A stretch of 64,000 bases of DNA from Eledone cirrhosa (GCA_964016885.1 OZ024743.1:28334001-28398000), one strand, 5' to 3'; positions 38,229 through 52,503 are shown, counted from the first letter of the stretch. Translations and numbers: made by a program. Notes: generated by a model not told the origin, from the sequence alone.

Positions 38229-38753
38229 TCCATCCATCTATCTATCTACCTATCTGTCTAACATAAGTTACATTACTGTTTTATAACCTTTACTTGACCT
38301 CTGCAAACATCATATATCATTTGACCATACAGAAGTAGTCGTGTGATGTTTCATTTTTTTTTTAAAAAGCAAACACTAAAAAGACAAAAATACGCTAAAA
38401 CAAAATGGACGTATAACTTCATGCTATTGTCAACCATTTTGAAAAGTCTACTCTTGATATGGAGTATTTTGTGACATATATTGCTCTTTAAACTTTGCCA
38501 TTTTATATTGGCCAGTCATTGCAGTTTCTTTTGAATGCCATCTGTCAGTTCTCAGAGCCTCACTACAATCTAACCAGTTCTGTCTTTAGTCATACTATTT
38601 CTTCGATATTTTAAAATATTACTTTGATTATTTTGTTGTTTTCTTTTTTTTTTGTTTTTTTTTCATCTTTTCTATATTTGTCATCGTCCATAATTTGATG
38701 GCTATTGCTATTGTAGTTCTTGTTGTTGTTGTTGCTGTAGTTCTTGTTGTTGA

Positions 38754-38788
<35 letters not shown>

Positions 38789-39381
38789 GTAGTAGTAGTA
38801 GTAGTAGTAGTAGTAGAGGTAGTAGTAGAATTTACTTTAGAGTTAATCTTCACTGCTATTTCTATTAATGAGTAATCTTGCGTTTGATGTCTTTCTTTGC
38901 ATTATGTCGTTTCTTTTATTATTCTTTGTTGCTGTTAGAAAGAACATTGAGTTTTCTATAGATTCTTTAGTTACTTTAGGCGAAGAATCAACAATACAAT
39001 GTATTCCTTGTATTTCTTGGCCTTCAGGATGCCTCCTTACAGATGTGAACGTCATTCATTCGATCATGCACAGTCATGTATCATAGCCGGCGTTCACCAG
39101 TTGCTGGGCAGCAAATCTCAACATAGCAAAATGGAGAAATATATAAAATATCCCAAGTACACAATATGATATAAATAAATAAGAAACAAAGACAAAATTA
39201 CATTTTTTTCCATTCATTATACAACTTCATTTCTTCTATTCGCTTTCGATATATCTCAAGTAGACACATACACAACTATATATATATGCATAAATACATG
39301 CACACACAAACAGACAGGCACACACACACGCGCTCGCGCACAAACACACACACATACATACACAGACAGAACACACACACA

Positions 39382-39451
<70 letters not shown>

Positions 39452-41235
39452 TACGCTCACACACACACATATATATATATTAGTATTGGTGTTCTGAAAT
39501 AGTGATGTATACATTAATGTATGTATACTATATTTCGCAATATACTGTATGTTTAATTGAAAACATTTTGAAGACCATTCGCTATGAGTTTTAAAGTAGT
39601 GACTATGTATGTTACTTACTTATTCTTGGCAAAAACAATGGAGAGATCGACAGAAAGTCTGTTTCTCGCTTGTTAGCGTTTATCAAGACCTCACACTCCC
39701 TTGCCTCTGACGAGAATTATAGAATCTACTTGTGGTGTAGTGAGGGTTAAACAGCGTGATCGGTGCCACTAGTACCGATTAGTGAGTTTAAATCCTAGGA
39801 AATTGGATGACGGGTAAAGAAATAACATTATTTCAAATTTACTTTACTATCTTTATAACGCACCAGTACATAACGCTAAGCGCTAGTGTGAAATAACGTT
39901 TCTTTAAATCGTTTCTCTTTAAAAAAAAACGAGTCTTTAAATCCTGGTAAACGGTACGTCTAGTAATAATATAACGGTACTTCATATTTGCATGACTCTC
40001 TTTTGAAGTAATAGAATATAACGCTATGTTAATTGAAAATGGTTGATGTTGAATAAATGAAACTCGTTATGCTGTATTCCTAATGTGCATTTTTGTATGA
40101 CATAACACTATTGAAATATTTTTTAATGTATCGCAATAAATCAAAATACACTAATAAACGATTCACATATGGATAGTAGGACGAATATACTCACGCTGAT
40201 ATAAATACTTAATGACATGAAACACACTATTAATACTTCAGTGTCGGCAAAAATGATTCAGTGACGTCACTAATACTTCATTTATATTACTACAATAATA
40301 AAATTCATCTTTATTTTCACCATTTTAATTTCAGAATAACTAACTGGATTTTCTCTAACAAATATTACATGTACCATTGTCTTTGAAATACGACAGCCTC
40401 ACATCTAAATAAACATGTTTCAAATAAAAATCTTCCCACATCTTACGGATGTATAAGATTTTAGGAACTCAAGCCACAATACTTTTCTGAGTTCATTGGA
40501 GAATTATTGGCAGTTCTTTTTATTTACATCAGATGGTCTCGATTTCAACACTTCACATTAAATTTACTAATTGTACTCCAACAGGATTGAGGATGAGAAC
40601 GCAAACATATAGAGTCTGATTAAACACTGCAAGTCATCTTAACTGGTGCCCTACAAATTTCACCAATCCGCTTCCTTGTCCTGGCTCCATATTTATCCAA
40701 ATCGAAGAGAGAAAAGTCAAAGTTGATTTGTAGTCTGCGCGCTGTGATTCTACGGTGAATACACGTACTGCAAGGTCGTTTTAAATATTTCTTTATTTAA
40801 TCTCTAAGAAATCAGCGTCATTTTCAACAGTTATATATAATGTGCAAGAACAGAGATTGAAAACATGCTGCAGTATTATGGTAACCTAGTCCCATTAGAC
40901 TGTATCAATACTTATTCACTACACAAAACAAGACACTTGTAACCAAATATACTTAATAGTATGTATCAGAGTTTTATCTGCCCGTAGAGTTGGGAGTCTC
41001 AAATGCCATTTCAACTCTGCCGTCATTGATCCAGTGGAACATCTAGAATGTGACAGCTAGGAGGAGAGACGGCTGTAATAGCACCGGACTCGTACTTTCT
41101 TTATCAACCCCGAAACAATGAAAGACAAAGAGGTGAGATTTGAACTCAGAAAGCAGAGACCCTGAACAAATATCTATGCTCTGAGAACTCTACAAATTCG
41201 ACCACCTTATCTATCATTATTTCAGAGAACAGAAG

Positions 41236-41420
41236 GGCGGTGAATTGGCAGTATCGGCAGAGGGTCGGACATGCTTTCCAGCATAGTTACGTCCCTTTAC
41301 GATCTGAGTTCAAATCCTGCCTAGGTTAACTTTGCCTTTCAGCCTTACGAGGTCGATAAAATAAAGTACCAGTAATGTACTGGGTAATTGCTGCTCTTGT
41401 GCCAAAAGGAGAAACAATTA
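41236..41420 (+). mobile_element. Full-length tRNA-derived SINE (family S1, Nin/Deu-like core)
   Basis: A-box-like TGGCAGTATCGG, B-box GAGTTCAAATCC, core gcctttca.ccttacg.ggtcgataaa; 18-bp TSD ATTATTTCAGAGAACAGA at 41216-41233 and 41417-41434. Confidence 0.9.
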
Positions 41421-43322
41421 TTTCAGAGAACAGATAAGTTGTTTAAATTCTTTTCAACTGCTCATTCTTAATATTTTGCTGAACCTTTATGCTGATCACA
41501 TTACTACAAGTCAACGTGAAAGTCTCAATTCAGTTGCTTAGCTTCATACTCACGTCACTCTCGAGTTATATTTTTCCGTCTTTAAGAATACCAGTCTTAT
41601 TCAATAATGTATTCCCTGATACACTAACGTTAAATAAAAATGTCCTCACTCAAGAATACATTCAAGTAACAAAAATAACTAAATATCTAAAACAATGAAT
41701 ATTACATCACAAAAGCAAAGACTTTTTCTTCATGGACAGAAAACTATTTTGCCCTGGACACAAGTGTGTATGCGCCTCATACTGCAATGCACACATATAC
41801 TAAAGAGTATACGCACAAATATATTCAACAAAAAGCTATCTAATTGGTAAAAAAACGAAAACAACTAAAATAAGTAAGAAGTCAAATATCATTAAAGAGA
41901 TCCTCATAGAAAAAAATCCATTAAAATCTAAATATGTTCAATTCAATTATTAAAGAATACTTATTTAACTATATAATTTATTTCGAAAATTTCCAATAGC
42001 TTTCACTCTAAATTATAGTTTTGGTGTGAGAACTCGTTATAAATTATTGTTCTACCATATTCAGATGAAACTCTGCTCCCGGAAGAGTAGATAAAATCAT
42101 TATAGAATAATTTTATTTTTAAGACAACAATGGTAAAGTGAACTTAATATCTGAAATTTCTTTTATTACTAATGTGAAACTGATTGATAAGAACATTTTA
42201 AGATTTTGTCTATTATGTTCTCTTTAAAAAATATTCTTTCAGTGAATACTGAACATGGCCTTCAAATTTTCCCTGTATTAATGCCTTACGTAGTCAGAAG
42301 ATGAGATGTTCTAGCGGCCAATCACCTTCAATATATTGCAGTTATATATTGTTATTGTTCTAGCAAGAATAGGAGGCAAAGTCCATTTACATAAGACATG
42401 AATTGGAAAAACGAGATGGCCGAACCTAAGTGATGTAGAGCAAACGTAGGACGATTCTGGCTATTATTGTTACATTCAAACATAAATTGATGGATATCAA
42501 GAAGTGTGAAAAGAACGAGTGATTTTGCAATCAATCTTTTAAGTGATGCTTATGTGTTGATGACACAGTCAATCATGTGCTATTCCTTGGACCTAGGATG
42601 CACCCATGTTATCGTATAGTGTTTAGATTGTTGAGAAAAGCTATTAGTGATGCTAGGATCAAATTCCTTGAAGAGTGAAAGCACCCTTAGCACCCGATCT
42701 ATTTGACTTTATAGCTCTTAATTTAAATTAAAACCAAGGATATCATGCTATGTTTCATAGATATTTTCAATTCTAGCATTGAAGACTCCCATTATGATGA
42801 ATTTGTTCTTGTATGGAACAGTGAAGACCACTGTGTGAAGTTGATCATAGAATGTTTCAATATCCTGCCGGATGAATTGTGAGTTGGGACGTCACAACAC
42901 ACTAGTGTAACCGAGGTGTCGTTTGCTAGATCCTGAAGGAAAGACATATTATAATCACTGACACCTTTAGGAAATGTTGTTAGGAATCTAGCAATACCCA
43001 ATCTAATGACTTTTTCCAGGCCAGAAGAATTGCGTTGGTTAAATAAATTCATTTACAGCGTAATTTACAATTGCCACATCGAGTATATTTTTACACAGTT
43101 TACAAAATCTTTCAAAGATTTATGTATAATAGCCTCTGGCTAATCTTTATGACTTCAACTAGCACTCATCGACGGTGAGTCCATGATACAGAATAAATTG
43201 TAACCGTTTCAATATACATAATATACATACATATAATATATACACTGTATATTATACGTATACACACAAACACACACACATACACATACACACACACACA
43301 CTCACACACACACAGATATGTA

Positions 43323-43381
<59 letters not shown>

Positions 43382-43711
43382 AACGTATGTCTGTGTTTGT
43401 ACATACACATATACATATAGTATGTATATACATGTCAATATATATGCATGTATATGGTTAAGCGGATTCAGACAAATCAAAATTTCATATAATATAGAGT
43501 TGATCAGCTTGAAACTATGCACCAGACGAACCAATCCTATCAACACTTAATTCAATATGCTGCTGGAAGTGCATATTTTGATCTTACATTAGCAGTTCAT
43601 TACTTCATGTCCACAGAAATGACCTAGCATTAAAGAGGACTGTCTGATATATTTTACGAGATCATTTATTCAGTAATGTTTGTATTCCCCTATGTTTTCA
43701 GTTGTATGTAC

Positions 43712-43752
<41 letters not shown>

Positions 43753-43795
43753 GTAACAGGAGGCTGGACTGGTGTAAATCCTTGAAAGGTTTATT

Positions 43796-43853
43796 ATACT
43801 ATGATCATTTCAATGACCGGGTTCCATATGAATCCGGTGATATCATCAAGTAT
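43796..43853 (-). ncRNA. Hammerhead motif (family B, inverted arm) with core variant TTGATGA
   Basis: Reverse complement of 43994-44051 except for C>T at the first core position. Confidence 0.65.
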
Positions 43854-43993
43854 TGGAATATAACAAAGGAATATGTAAAAAGCCATGGGTCAGAAAAACC
43901 ATGGGTTGGTCAGCCGCCTTCTCTGTCTCTGGTTTCCCGGACACATGGTTTTTCGGACCCATGGCTTTTTACATATTCCTTTGTTATATTCCA

Positions 43994-44051
43994 ATACCTG
44001 ATGATATCACCGGATTCATATGGAACCCGGTCATTGAAATGATCATAGTAT
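43994..44051 (+). ncRNA. Type I hammerhead ribozyme motif (family B)
   Basis: ATAC-CTGATGA-stem II (accggattc/gaacccggt)-GAAA-TGATCA-TA-GTAT; stem III within palindromic ATGATCAT; predicted cleavage after AUA at 44047. Confidence 0.85.
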
Positions 44052-44245
44052 AATAAACCTTTCAAGTATTTACACCTGTCCAGCCTCCTGTTATTTCATT
44101 TATAATTAACTCCGTATTCGCACCACCAACTACACAAACGAAGATGGGTGAACTGCACTGCGTTGAGTACTCTTCACAATATTACACCAGGATTGACCAT
44201 ACGAAATGACCAGTTCTATCCAGTGGTGAACCAACAAACCTTAAG

Positions 44246-44296
<51 letters not shown>

Positions 44297-44520
44297 CATA
44301 TATATACGTACATACATCTGTAAACATAAGAGAACACATATATATATACTTATATATATGTGCGTGTGCGTATGTGTGTATGTATATATATATATTTGTG
44401 TATATATGTATATATACACACACACAAATGTATACATATTCATAATGTATATACTTATATACATATATACATACAAACATACACAGATAAATATATATAT
44501 GTATGTGTGTGTGTGTGTGA

Positions 44521-44577
<57 letters not shown>

Positions 44578-45043
44578 CGTGCGCGTGTGTGTGTGTGTGT
44601 GCGTGTGTGTGTTTACTTTTTTGTGTGTGTATGGCCTTCGTTTACTAGTATAGTACCCATCAAAAGTCATGTGGTTTATAGAAAGTATATTTAATTTGAT
44701 AATTCCCTGATTACAACATTCTATGTAATGATGTGTGATTCTCACCCTTTTGACACTCAGATCATCACTGTATTTAATTTTATATTAATTTCATTCAAAT
44801 TTAGTAACTTTCCTCCCTATTTTCATTTACCGTTATCAAATATATACGCACTAAATTACGATGAATTAGTTCTACCTATCTATCTATAGCTCTATCTATC
44901 TTATGAATTTATCTATCTTATGAATTGCATTGAGATTTGCGGTTGTTGTTATTCTTCTTATCCAAAAACAGATACATCCGTCAGGCAAAGAGACACATAG
45001 AGAGGTTTGGAGATAGGTAGAAAGTGACAGACAAATATAGATG

Positions 45044-45126
45044 TTTCTTTATTAGCCACAGGGGCACAAAAGAAAGGGACAAAAACAAAGGGGAAGTTTA
45101 CATACAATAAAAACGTGTAAAATAGT
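45044..45126 (-). mobile_element. Isolated 3' end of the Tx1 family (T5)
   Basis: tttctttattagccacaggggcacaaaagaaagggacaaa is nearly identical to the T2 3' end at 46147. Confidence 0.85.
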
Positions 45127-45772
45127 ATCACAAATGCAATTTAAATATTATTCGATTTTCCCCAATAGATATATAATACGATGCATAATCATTTATGTAC
45201 TATATAGTAATGTCTTATAATATACAATACATTATATTAATAATTACATTCATAGTATTAAAATATATGCTAAAAAATAAATACACTCTTATATATAGGT
45301 GTAAATACGATGTATATTCAATCACACAACCAGATACATATAATATTATATTGTTGTAATTGTTTTAAAGAATAATAGCTTATAATTTACTACAATACAT
45401 TATAATTCTCATTTAAATATTATAAATACATCCATATTCTTAAAATAAAATATATATTGAAAAATAAATAAGTACAATTATTAATTACGTCTAAACTCAT
45501 GTATATATCTTTGGGTGTATATATCTATAACTATCTCTCAAATAAATCGACAATAATTTTTCACCCTATAATAACAAACCCATAAACAATATAAATAAGG
45601 ATTTTTTTTTATTTATGAAGCGTCTAAATTTAACGGCTTTTTTCAGGTTTAAAGTATCCTCATTAACATAAATCCTTGAGTTTTGAATGTTTTCAATCAC
45701 TATCTTCATTGAGCTTATATCATTAAGTTCACATGAAGATATGTCATTATCTTAACACGGAATATTATATTA

Positions 45773-45833
45773 TATTTTATCTGACGAAAGTGTACTTAAA
45801 TATTAGTACCCTTGAAATACGTATAATGAAATA
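45773..45833 (+). ncRNA. Type I hammerhead motif (family E copy 2)
   Basis: TATTTTAT-CTGACGA-stem II (aagtgtact/agtaccctt)-GAA-ATA-CG-TAT-A-ATGAAATA; palindromic ATACGTAT stem III. Confidence 0.8.
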
Positions 45834-45900
45834 AATATGGTTTTATAAATATATTTTCGATTTATTAATATTCTTATGTATATATATATATATATATATA

Positions 45901-46070
45901 TAGGAGAAAGTATGACCCCGACAGCAGAGCTCAAGCCGTTTCGACGGCTATTTCTGGACTGAGCTCTGCCGTAGGGTCATACTTTCTCCTATTACCCACT
46001 CTACTACCCTAAGTATTGAGTACTCTGGTGTGTTATGGTCCATATGGTTCCTTACCACAACTCCTCCGTT
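45901..46070 (+). mobile_element. Fold-back Penelope-like end, family A copy 2
   Basis: Inverted arm from 45901, forward arm 45960-45991, same tail, (TA)n flanks. Confidence 0.75.
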
Positions 46071-46146
46071 TTATATATATATATATAGAGAGAGAGAGAG
46101 TGAAAGATAGATAGATACATAGATAGATATAAAGATAATAGATACA

Positions 46147-49100
46147 TTTCTTTATTAGCCACAAGGGCACAAAAGAAGGGGACAAATACAAATGGGGAGT
46201 TTACATACAGGTATATGAAAATAAAACTATTAATACAATAACAAATAACAATTGAAATCCCCAATAGGGGGAGGTGTTACACAGGAGTCGTACACACCCC
46301 GAAAAAATGTACAAACCTCATCTCCAGGAGCACCAAGAATGAGTACTCCCTTCCTCTCTTCCTCTTTTTCCTCAACCTACAGGCTTATATAGAGAGAAAG
46401 CCCAACCACTCGGGCCATCTTTGCCACATTCACCCACCTTTTATAAAAGTTGCTGGGGTACAGCACCTCTCTCTCCATCCTGATTCTTCTTCCAAAATGA
46501 TATTTGAAAAAACGAATCAGTTGCTCGCCGGAGAGAAAGGTTTCTGACCTCAGCCCTTTTAACCTCGTCCACCATATAACCTCTTTCACCATAGCCATAA
46601 CACATAGGAAAACCGCCTCTCCCTGGTTTTTTGAAGGAGGGTGGCGGTTTGATCATGACAATGAACTCGGTGGTCAACTGGATTGGTCCCACCCGCGACA
46701 ATAGTCGTTCTACATAGCCACACAGGTCGGTAATGCCCGCGCAGTGTACAAATGCGTGCGCGACGGTTTCCTTGTCGCGCACGCATCTCGGACAGATCTT
46801 TTTCGAAGGGTCTCTGCCCGGGTGCCCGTGTCTGTAGAGCTTGTCTCGAACTGGTAGAGCTCCTCGGTAGCACTGCCAGGCCAGAGACATTTGGAAGTTG
46901 TCCATTGGTCCCGGGCGGAAGGTCGTACCGAACAGACTGGCCAGTTCGTCCTCCTCTACGCCTAGAGTTTTTCCGAGCGTCTCGTCGCACTTGCTGCGGA
47001 CCAACCCTCTATAGAATGTCGAAGTGGAGTCTCCACTGATCGCCAGGTCCGTTTGCTTGAGGACTGTTAGCGCCTGAGCACATTCGATGTGCCAGTCGCC
47101 CATTTTCCTCGGTCTTTGCTTGACCCAGGACTGCAGCTCGGTCAGCGAAACGAGTCGTGGGAAGGCTCGCCTCACGAACGGGGCCCACACCGGTTGTCTG
47201 CTGAGGAATACGTGGAGGTGCCGCAGCCTGAGCGCGTGTTTGCGCATCGTCAGCCACGGCAATCCCAGCCCTCCGTTTGAAGGGTGTTGGCAGCAGATGG
47301 ATCTTCTCACCAAAGGAGCCCGTTTCTTCCAAAGGAATTGGAAGAGCGCGGACTCCATTTTGGTGAGCGTTTTGGCTGGACAAGGCACGACGGTCAAGCG
47401 GTAGTAGATGACGGACGCTATAAAAGTGTTCGCCACCTCCGCCCGACCTTTCAAGGATAGTTTGCACTCGGCCCACTTCTGGGTGAGCGCAAACACCTTG
47501 GCCGTAACCTCGTCCCAGTTCTTCTCCACCTGGAGGTCAGGACCAAACCAGACCCCGAGCAGCTTTATCGGTCCTTCCGTCAGCGTCCGACGACGTCATC
47601 GGTTTGCCTTTCCACATTCCAAATTGCAAACCGACGGATTTGACCCGGTTCACCTTCGCTCCTGTGAACCTTTCGTATTCCTCCAGTAAGGTGCCGATCT
47701 CCCCGATTTGCGAGGTGCTCGACACCATTACTGTCACGTCGTCGGCGTAGGCCGACGCCGCTTTTCGCAGTCCCGGTTCCAAAGGGATGCCGTGCAATAG
47801 CTCCAACTTCCGCAGTAGTGGCTCGAGAGTCAGTACGTACAGAAGGGAGGAGATAGGGCATCCTGTCGGATGGATCGCGTGATATGGAACGGCTCCGATA
47901 GGTAGCCGTTCACCTTGACCCTTGAGTAGATGTTGCTGTTGTGCATTGCAACAATCCAGCTCTTGAACATGGGACCGAAGCCTGCCGCCTCGAGCACCGC
48001 ATCCAGGTAACGATGGTCAACCCTATCGAAAGCCTTAGACTGATACAAGTTGATCAGGGCTCTACCGAAGCCGGGTTTACACCCTACCCTACCCTCTCTA
48101 TGATGTATCGCATGAGGTGGAGGTTGTCGTGTATGGACTTGGTCGGGATTGCGCATGTCTGCGCTTCTCCCACCAGGTTTTCGACAACAAGCAGCAGCCT
48201 CTTTGCCAACACATGGCCAAAATCTTTAACTCTGTGTTGAGCAGCGTTATGGGCCGGAAGTTGCCTATGTCATCCCCCTTGTTCTCGTCCTTCCTGACTA
48301 ACGTAATTACGCCCTTTCTGCTGCCAGTTGCAGTAGACCGTTTCCAGTAGACCGGAGAACAAGTCCGGCATTGCTACGTAAAATTCGTAGGGTAGACCGT
48401 CGAGACATGGAGATTTGCGTTTGCCACAATGGCTCAGCGCGTCCCCTATATCAGCGGCCAAAATAGGCCTTTCACAGAACTTCGCCTCGCTGTCCGTGAG
48501 TCGCGGTAGGTCGTCGAGGTAAGAACCGAAATCCATAGTCCCTCCCGGCGCACCGCCCTGCCCGAACAGTTGAGCAAAGTGCCGCTGAAAGGCCGCGCAC
48601 ATTTGCTTCGGCTCACATACACGCGTCCATCTTGGTCCTTCAAAGACCGAATCGTGGACTTGTTGCCACTTTTCGCCTCTGTCACTCGGGCCCAGCTAAC
48701 AGCTTTAGCTCCCTCGTTTCCCAGAGCACGTATTTTGCTTCTGACAACGCAGCCTTCATGCTTTGCATAGAAGAACTGGTCCAAGGCCGTTCTGGTCGCT
48801 AGCACGCTGGCTACGTGCCACTCCTAAGTGCCTCTTCTACTTTATCTACCAGTTCCTTTTCGGTCTTATTTCTATCTAACACTAATTGTTTACTAAAACC
48901 TATCGAGTCTAATCTAACTGCCCTCTTGAGAGAGTACCACCATCTGTTGTTGACAATGGCCCCCATCAAGTGCTGCTTAACTAAAGTGCTAATCCGTCTA
49001 CTGTAGGTTTTGCATGTCGGTAACGACAAGTTCAGCTTCCAGTAGCCGGGTCCCTGTCAATGGGTTTTGTCAAGGTTGACTAAGCAGGTCACTAATTTGT

Positions 49101-49917
49101 GATCTGAATAGGCAACCATGAACATTTGTGGACAGCTTAACATGTCCCTATCCTTCTTTCTAACTAGAACCCTATCTAGGTACGATCTAGATGTTCCGCT
49201 GAGATTAGTCCACGTCCACAGTGGCAGAGTCGGAAAATCTAGTCGATATCTATCGGCCAGGTCAAATCGGCCGATTAACTGTTTGAAGCTGTTTCACCCC
49301 CCTCTATCGGGACATGCTCCCACATAGTCCCAACGTGCATTTAGGATTCCATTCCAGTCCCCCGCTAACAGCAGGGAGCGGGACGTTCCCAGAAAAGTCT
49401 CTAGACGTTTGAAGAAGTCTGGCTGCGGTGTCCCGGATGGGGCATATGCGGCCACCAGCCTGAAGGCTCCACCTTCACTACCGTCAACGTCTAGGACCAC
49501 CAGTCGACTCTCCGGGTCCAGATGTACCGTCTGTGTTACGAGGTCCAGGTGTTTCCGCAGCAAAACGGCAACCCCACCCCCACCACCCGGCTGACAGAGA
49601 GATGCATAGATCTCAAAGTCTTCGAAGATGGGGGCCAGTTGTCGCTCGCTATGGATCCTGGACTCGCAAATGGCTACTACATCCATACTGTGCGACCTGA
49701 GGTCGCTTAAGAGTTTGACCTGTTTCCAGGGCATCCCCAGGCCGCGTACATTCACACATCCAACCCTTATATTGGCCATGTTGCTGCTGAAAAGTTAAAA
49801 GAAGAGGAAAAGAAATCACTCACATCTTCGTCTCCTGGGGACCAGGCTGCACAATTTCCATGGGAGTGTTGGAGGGGTTGTTTGTTGGGGTGGTGGTCTC
49901 TGGCGGGGTGAGGACGG
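46147..49917 (-). mobile_element. 5'-truncated Tx1/L1 copy (T2) with frameshifted ORF2 and the last ~30 codons of ORF1
   Basis: ORF fragments from 49294-49779 through 46377-46598 align in order to T1 ORF2. ORF1 tail MEIVQPGPQETKM* resembles T1 MEVVQPEPREAER*. 3' end AATAAAGAAA. 14-bp TSD AGATAATAGATA(C/G)A at 46133-46146 and 49918-49931. Confidence 0.93.
46377..49779 (-). pseudogene. Disrupted ORF2 (APE-RT) of T2
   Basis: At least seven separate ORF pieces with AGDWN, SKAFDRV, YADD and CPRC motifs; multiple frameshifts. Confidence 0.92.
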
Positions 49918-49974
49918 AGATAATAGATAGACAGCTATATAGATGGATAGAGATAGAGAGGTAGTTTATTATCA

Positions 49975-50152
49975 TGGCAGTATCGGTAGAGGGTCGGACG
50001 CCATGCTTTCCAGCATAGTTACGTCCCTTTACGATCTGAGTTCAAATCCCGCCGAGGTTGACTTTGCCTTTCATCCTTACGGGGTCGAAAAAATAAAGTA
50101 CCAGTAATGCACTGGGTAATTGCTGGCCTTGTGCCAAAAGTAGAAACAATTA
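49975..50152 (+). mobile_element. SINE S1
   Basis: Near-identical to the 41236 copy. Confidence 0.9.
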
Positions 50153-50293
50153 TCATCAGAGAGATAGATGAAGATAGCAATAGTTAGCCTGTGGGATGAT
50201 AGTCAACACCATGAGAGAGAGAGTGCTCAGAGATATAGAAGATAAATTATAATCACACTGTCAAAATTAGCCCTAAATGGTTGTAACTTGGCT

Positions 50294-50447
<154 letters not shown>

Positions 50448-50662
50448 AAGGCACGTGAGTGAGTTGTAAGAGAATTGAATTCCCAATCATGAGGTTGTGA
50501 GTTCGATTCCTTGACTGGGCGATGCATTACGCCCTTGAGCAAGACACTTTATTTCACGATGCTCCTTCTACCTGGAGTTGCGACCGATAGAGAGTATTAG
50601 CAATTGGAAAGACCAACAGAAAAATCGTCTCCTCGGTCCGATTTGACGAAAGCCGATCGACT
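50448..50662 (+). mobile_element. SINE S2
   Basis: Homologous to the 12547 copy; both begin directly after (TG)n. Confidence 0.8.
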
Positions 50663-50680
50663 GTCTTTATATATATATAT

Positions 50681-51211
50681 ACCACCCTCTAGAGATTTCT
50701 ATTCCACCGGCCACTACACACATCATCCCACTGTCTTCGGCCTCCTCGCATCGTGCTCCGAGCCTGTAGACTCGCGCCACCAGAAGGAACGGCAGCCCAT
50801 TTTGGTTTCTGCATACATCTACTTCCTTTGATCTGAAGACTCCGCCATTTTCTCCGCTATTATCTGCTTTCCCCAACCACCCAACAACCATGTACTATCA
50901 ACGTGCACACCGACATATATGCACCATTCCTGCTCCTAAGACACCCACACCCCTATATTCTTACTTAGAATCTATCTTTCTATTCATGATGGCCGACTGA
51001 ATACGCACGTGTATGTTTTTGTCTCCCCTGTTTTGTCTCATTTCCCCCGTTCCTTCGTCTCATCACTCTTTACCCTCTATTTATCTTCTATTTCTAATTC
51101 TATCTTGATGAAGAACTAGTGTCCCAAAGATTCTCTTCCTACTATTTCAAGCGTTAAACTAATATATTTCTACTATGTACTGTGCAGTTTGTTTTTCTAC
51201 CTTTGTTATTA

Positions 51212-51216
<5 letters not shown>
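50681..51216 (+). mobile_element. Penelope-like GIY-YIG C-terminus plus 3' region relic
   Basis: SRDFYSTGHYTHHPTVFGL..SRHQKERQPI resembles PLE endonuclease ends. TTGATGAAG core remnant near 51104. Tail ttcc.ctatttcaagcgttaa recurs at 52779-52801. Confidence 0.55.
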
Positions 51217-51305
<89 letters not shown>

Positions 51306-51536
51306 AATATAAATGAAAGGTATAGAAATTGTTTTAGCGAGAAGCTAATAGTATTCTATAACATATATGCGACTATGTCGTCAAGATGGGAAAAGTAGTT
51401 AACGTAAGATTTAGGAAAAATAATTCAAACTCTTCTCAAAAGAGAATCAGGATACAAATTCATCCACAGAATTTAGTGAAATCCAGGGAAAAATCAATAG
51501 ACCTTTAACTCATGATATATATATATATACGTATAT

Positions 51537-51754
51537 AAGTGGTAACACAATAGTTAGTCACCATACCGAGAACAATTGTTTCACCTTAGCGGATCCAGAG
51601 CTCGTAATGGTCCATTACGAGCTGAGGATCCGCTAAGGTGAAACAATTGTTCTCGGTATGGTGAACTAACTGTTGTGTTACCACTTCTACCTAACCCGTC
51701 CCATGGACTGAGTGCTCTACCACTACGGATATTACCTTCCAGTGTTCTACACCT
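51537..51754 (+). mobile_element. Fold-back Penelope-like end, family C (hammerhead-bearing)
   Basis: Near-perfect palindrome 51537-51686 centred on T51611; ~68-nt tail; TA flanks. Confidence 0.8.
51618..51655 (+). ncRNA. Minimal type I hammerhead motif (family C)
   Basis: CGAG-CTGAGGA-tccgctaaggt-GAAAC-AATT-GTT-CTCG; palindromic stem III/loop AACAATTGTT; GUU cleavage triplet at 51649-51651. Confidence 0.8.
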
Positions 51755-52334
51755 ATACATATATATATATATATTAGAATCACTCTGTATCGCCCTTTGC
51801 TCGGATTAAAAAAGGACATCTTAGGTAGAGAGGCCTGTTTGAAAAATATACTGTGTATGTGTTTGTATATATATTTATAATATTCATATATCTATATTGT
51901 GTCGGCGAATGTGTGTTTAAAATTATAATTATATTATATATGGTCTTTTCCTTGAAAGTAAAAATGAAATAAAACAAATTTGAACAAACTTTCATATTTA
52001 CATCCCAGATAAATCATTGAATATAAAATAACACTTGGACTATTTTATCGAGTAATATATATGAAAAAATGATTCACAAAAGCAGGTTCTGATAAAATCT
52101 GTTATTTTTCTTTTTTTTTTTTCTAATTTATTTACAATCAATATATTAAATATATTGATATAAATATAGATAATTTTTAATCGTGATATAGAAAATAGAT
52201 GTGTTTAACTGATATATATTAAAGTAGAAAGTATATAGTCGATGCTATCCGTTCCTTACTATATATAAGGGATCCGATCGTTATATCGTACCAATAAAAC
52301 AATGTTTCAATGGGTATTTTAGTTGTTTATACTC

Positions 52335-52455
52335 CTGGAAAACGGAGCAACCTCATATGTATTAATGTGCTAGAGAACACAACGTGCCACCCCATACAGG
52401 AATCGAAACGATGACCTTTTGATCATGAGTCCAACACTTTACCCACATGGTCCCA
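52335..52455 (-). mobile_element. Degenerate S2-type SINE head; another at 14490-14596 (-)
   Basis: ggaatcgaaac (reverse B-box) plus remnants of the core. Confidence 0.55.
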
Positions 52456-52503
52456 CGGTTTCAAATAAACACACACGCACATACTATATATATATATTTA
52501 TTT

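Larger units (their letters stand above)
43750..44248 (+). mobile_element. Fold-back Penelope-like end, family B (hammerhead-bearing)
   Basis: Arms 43750-43903 and 43944-44097, 40-nt loop, ~150-nt tail, (TA)n flanks. Confidence 0.8.

Noticed and set aside
38611-39210. Possible host exon(s) on the minus strand (poly-T/N ORF and a 47-aa hydrophobic ORF)
   Set aside because: No recognisable domain, no convincing splice pair, and the ORFs are driven by trinucleotide repeats.
41236-41330. tRNA genes at A/B-box matches
   Set aside because: No cloverleaf; they continue into SINE bodies, some with TSDs.
42300-43050. Possible decayed DNA-transposon coding sequence
   Set aside because: Composition looks coding-like, but no identifiable motif or TIR was found.
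43750-44097. Reading the palindromes as MITE TIRs or miRNA genes
   Set aside because: The one-sided unpaired tails and variable turn points between copies do not fit fixed TIRs. Hairpin-derived small RNAs remain possible but cannot be shown from sequence.
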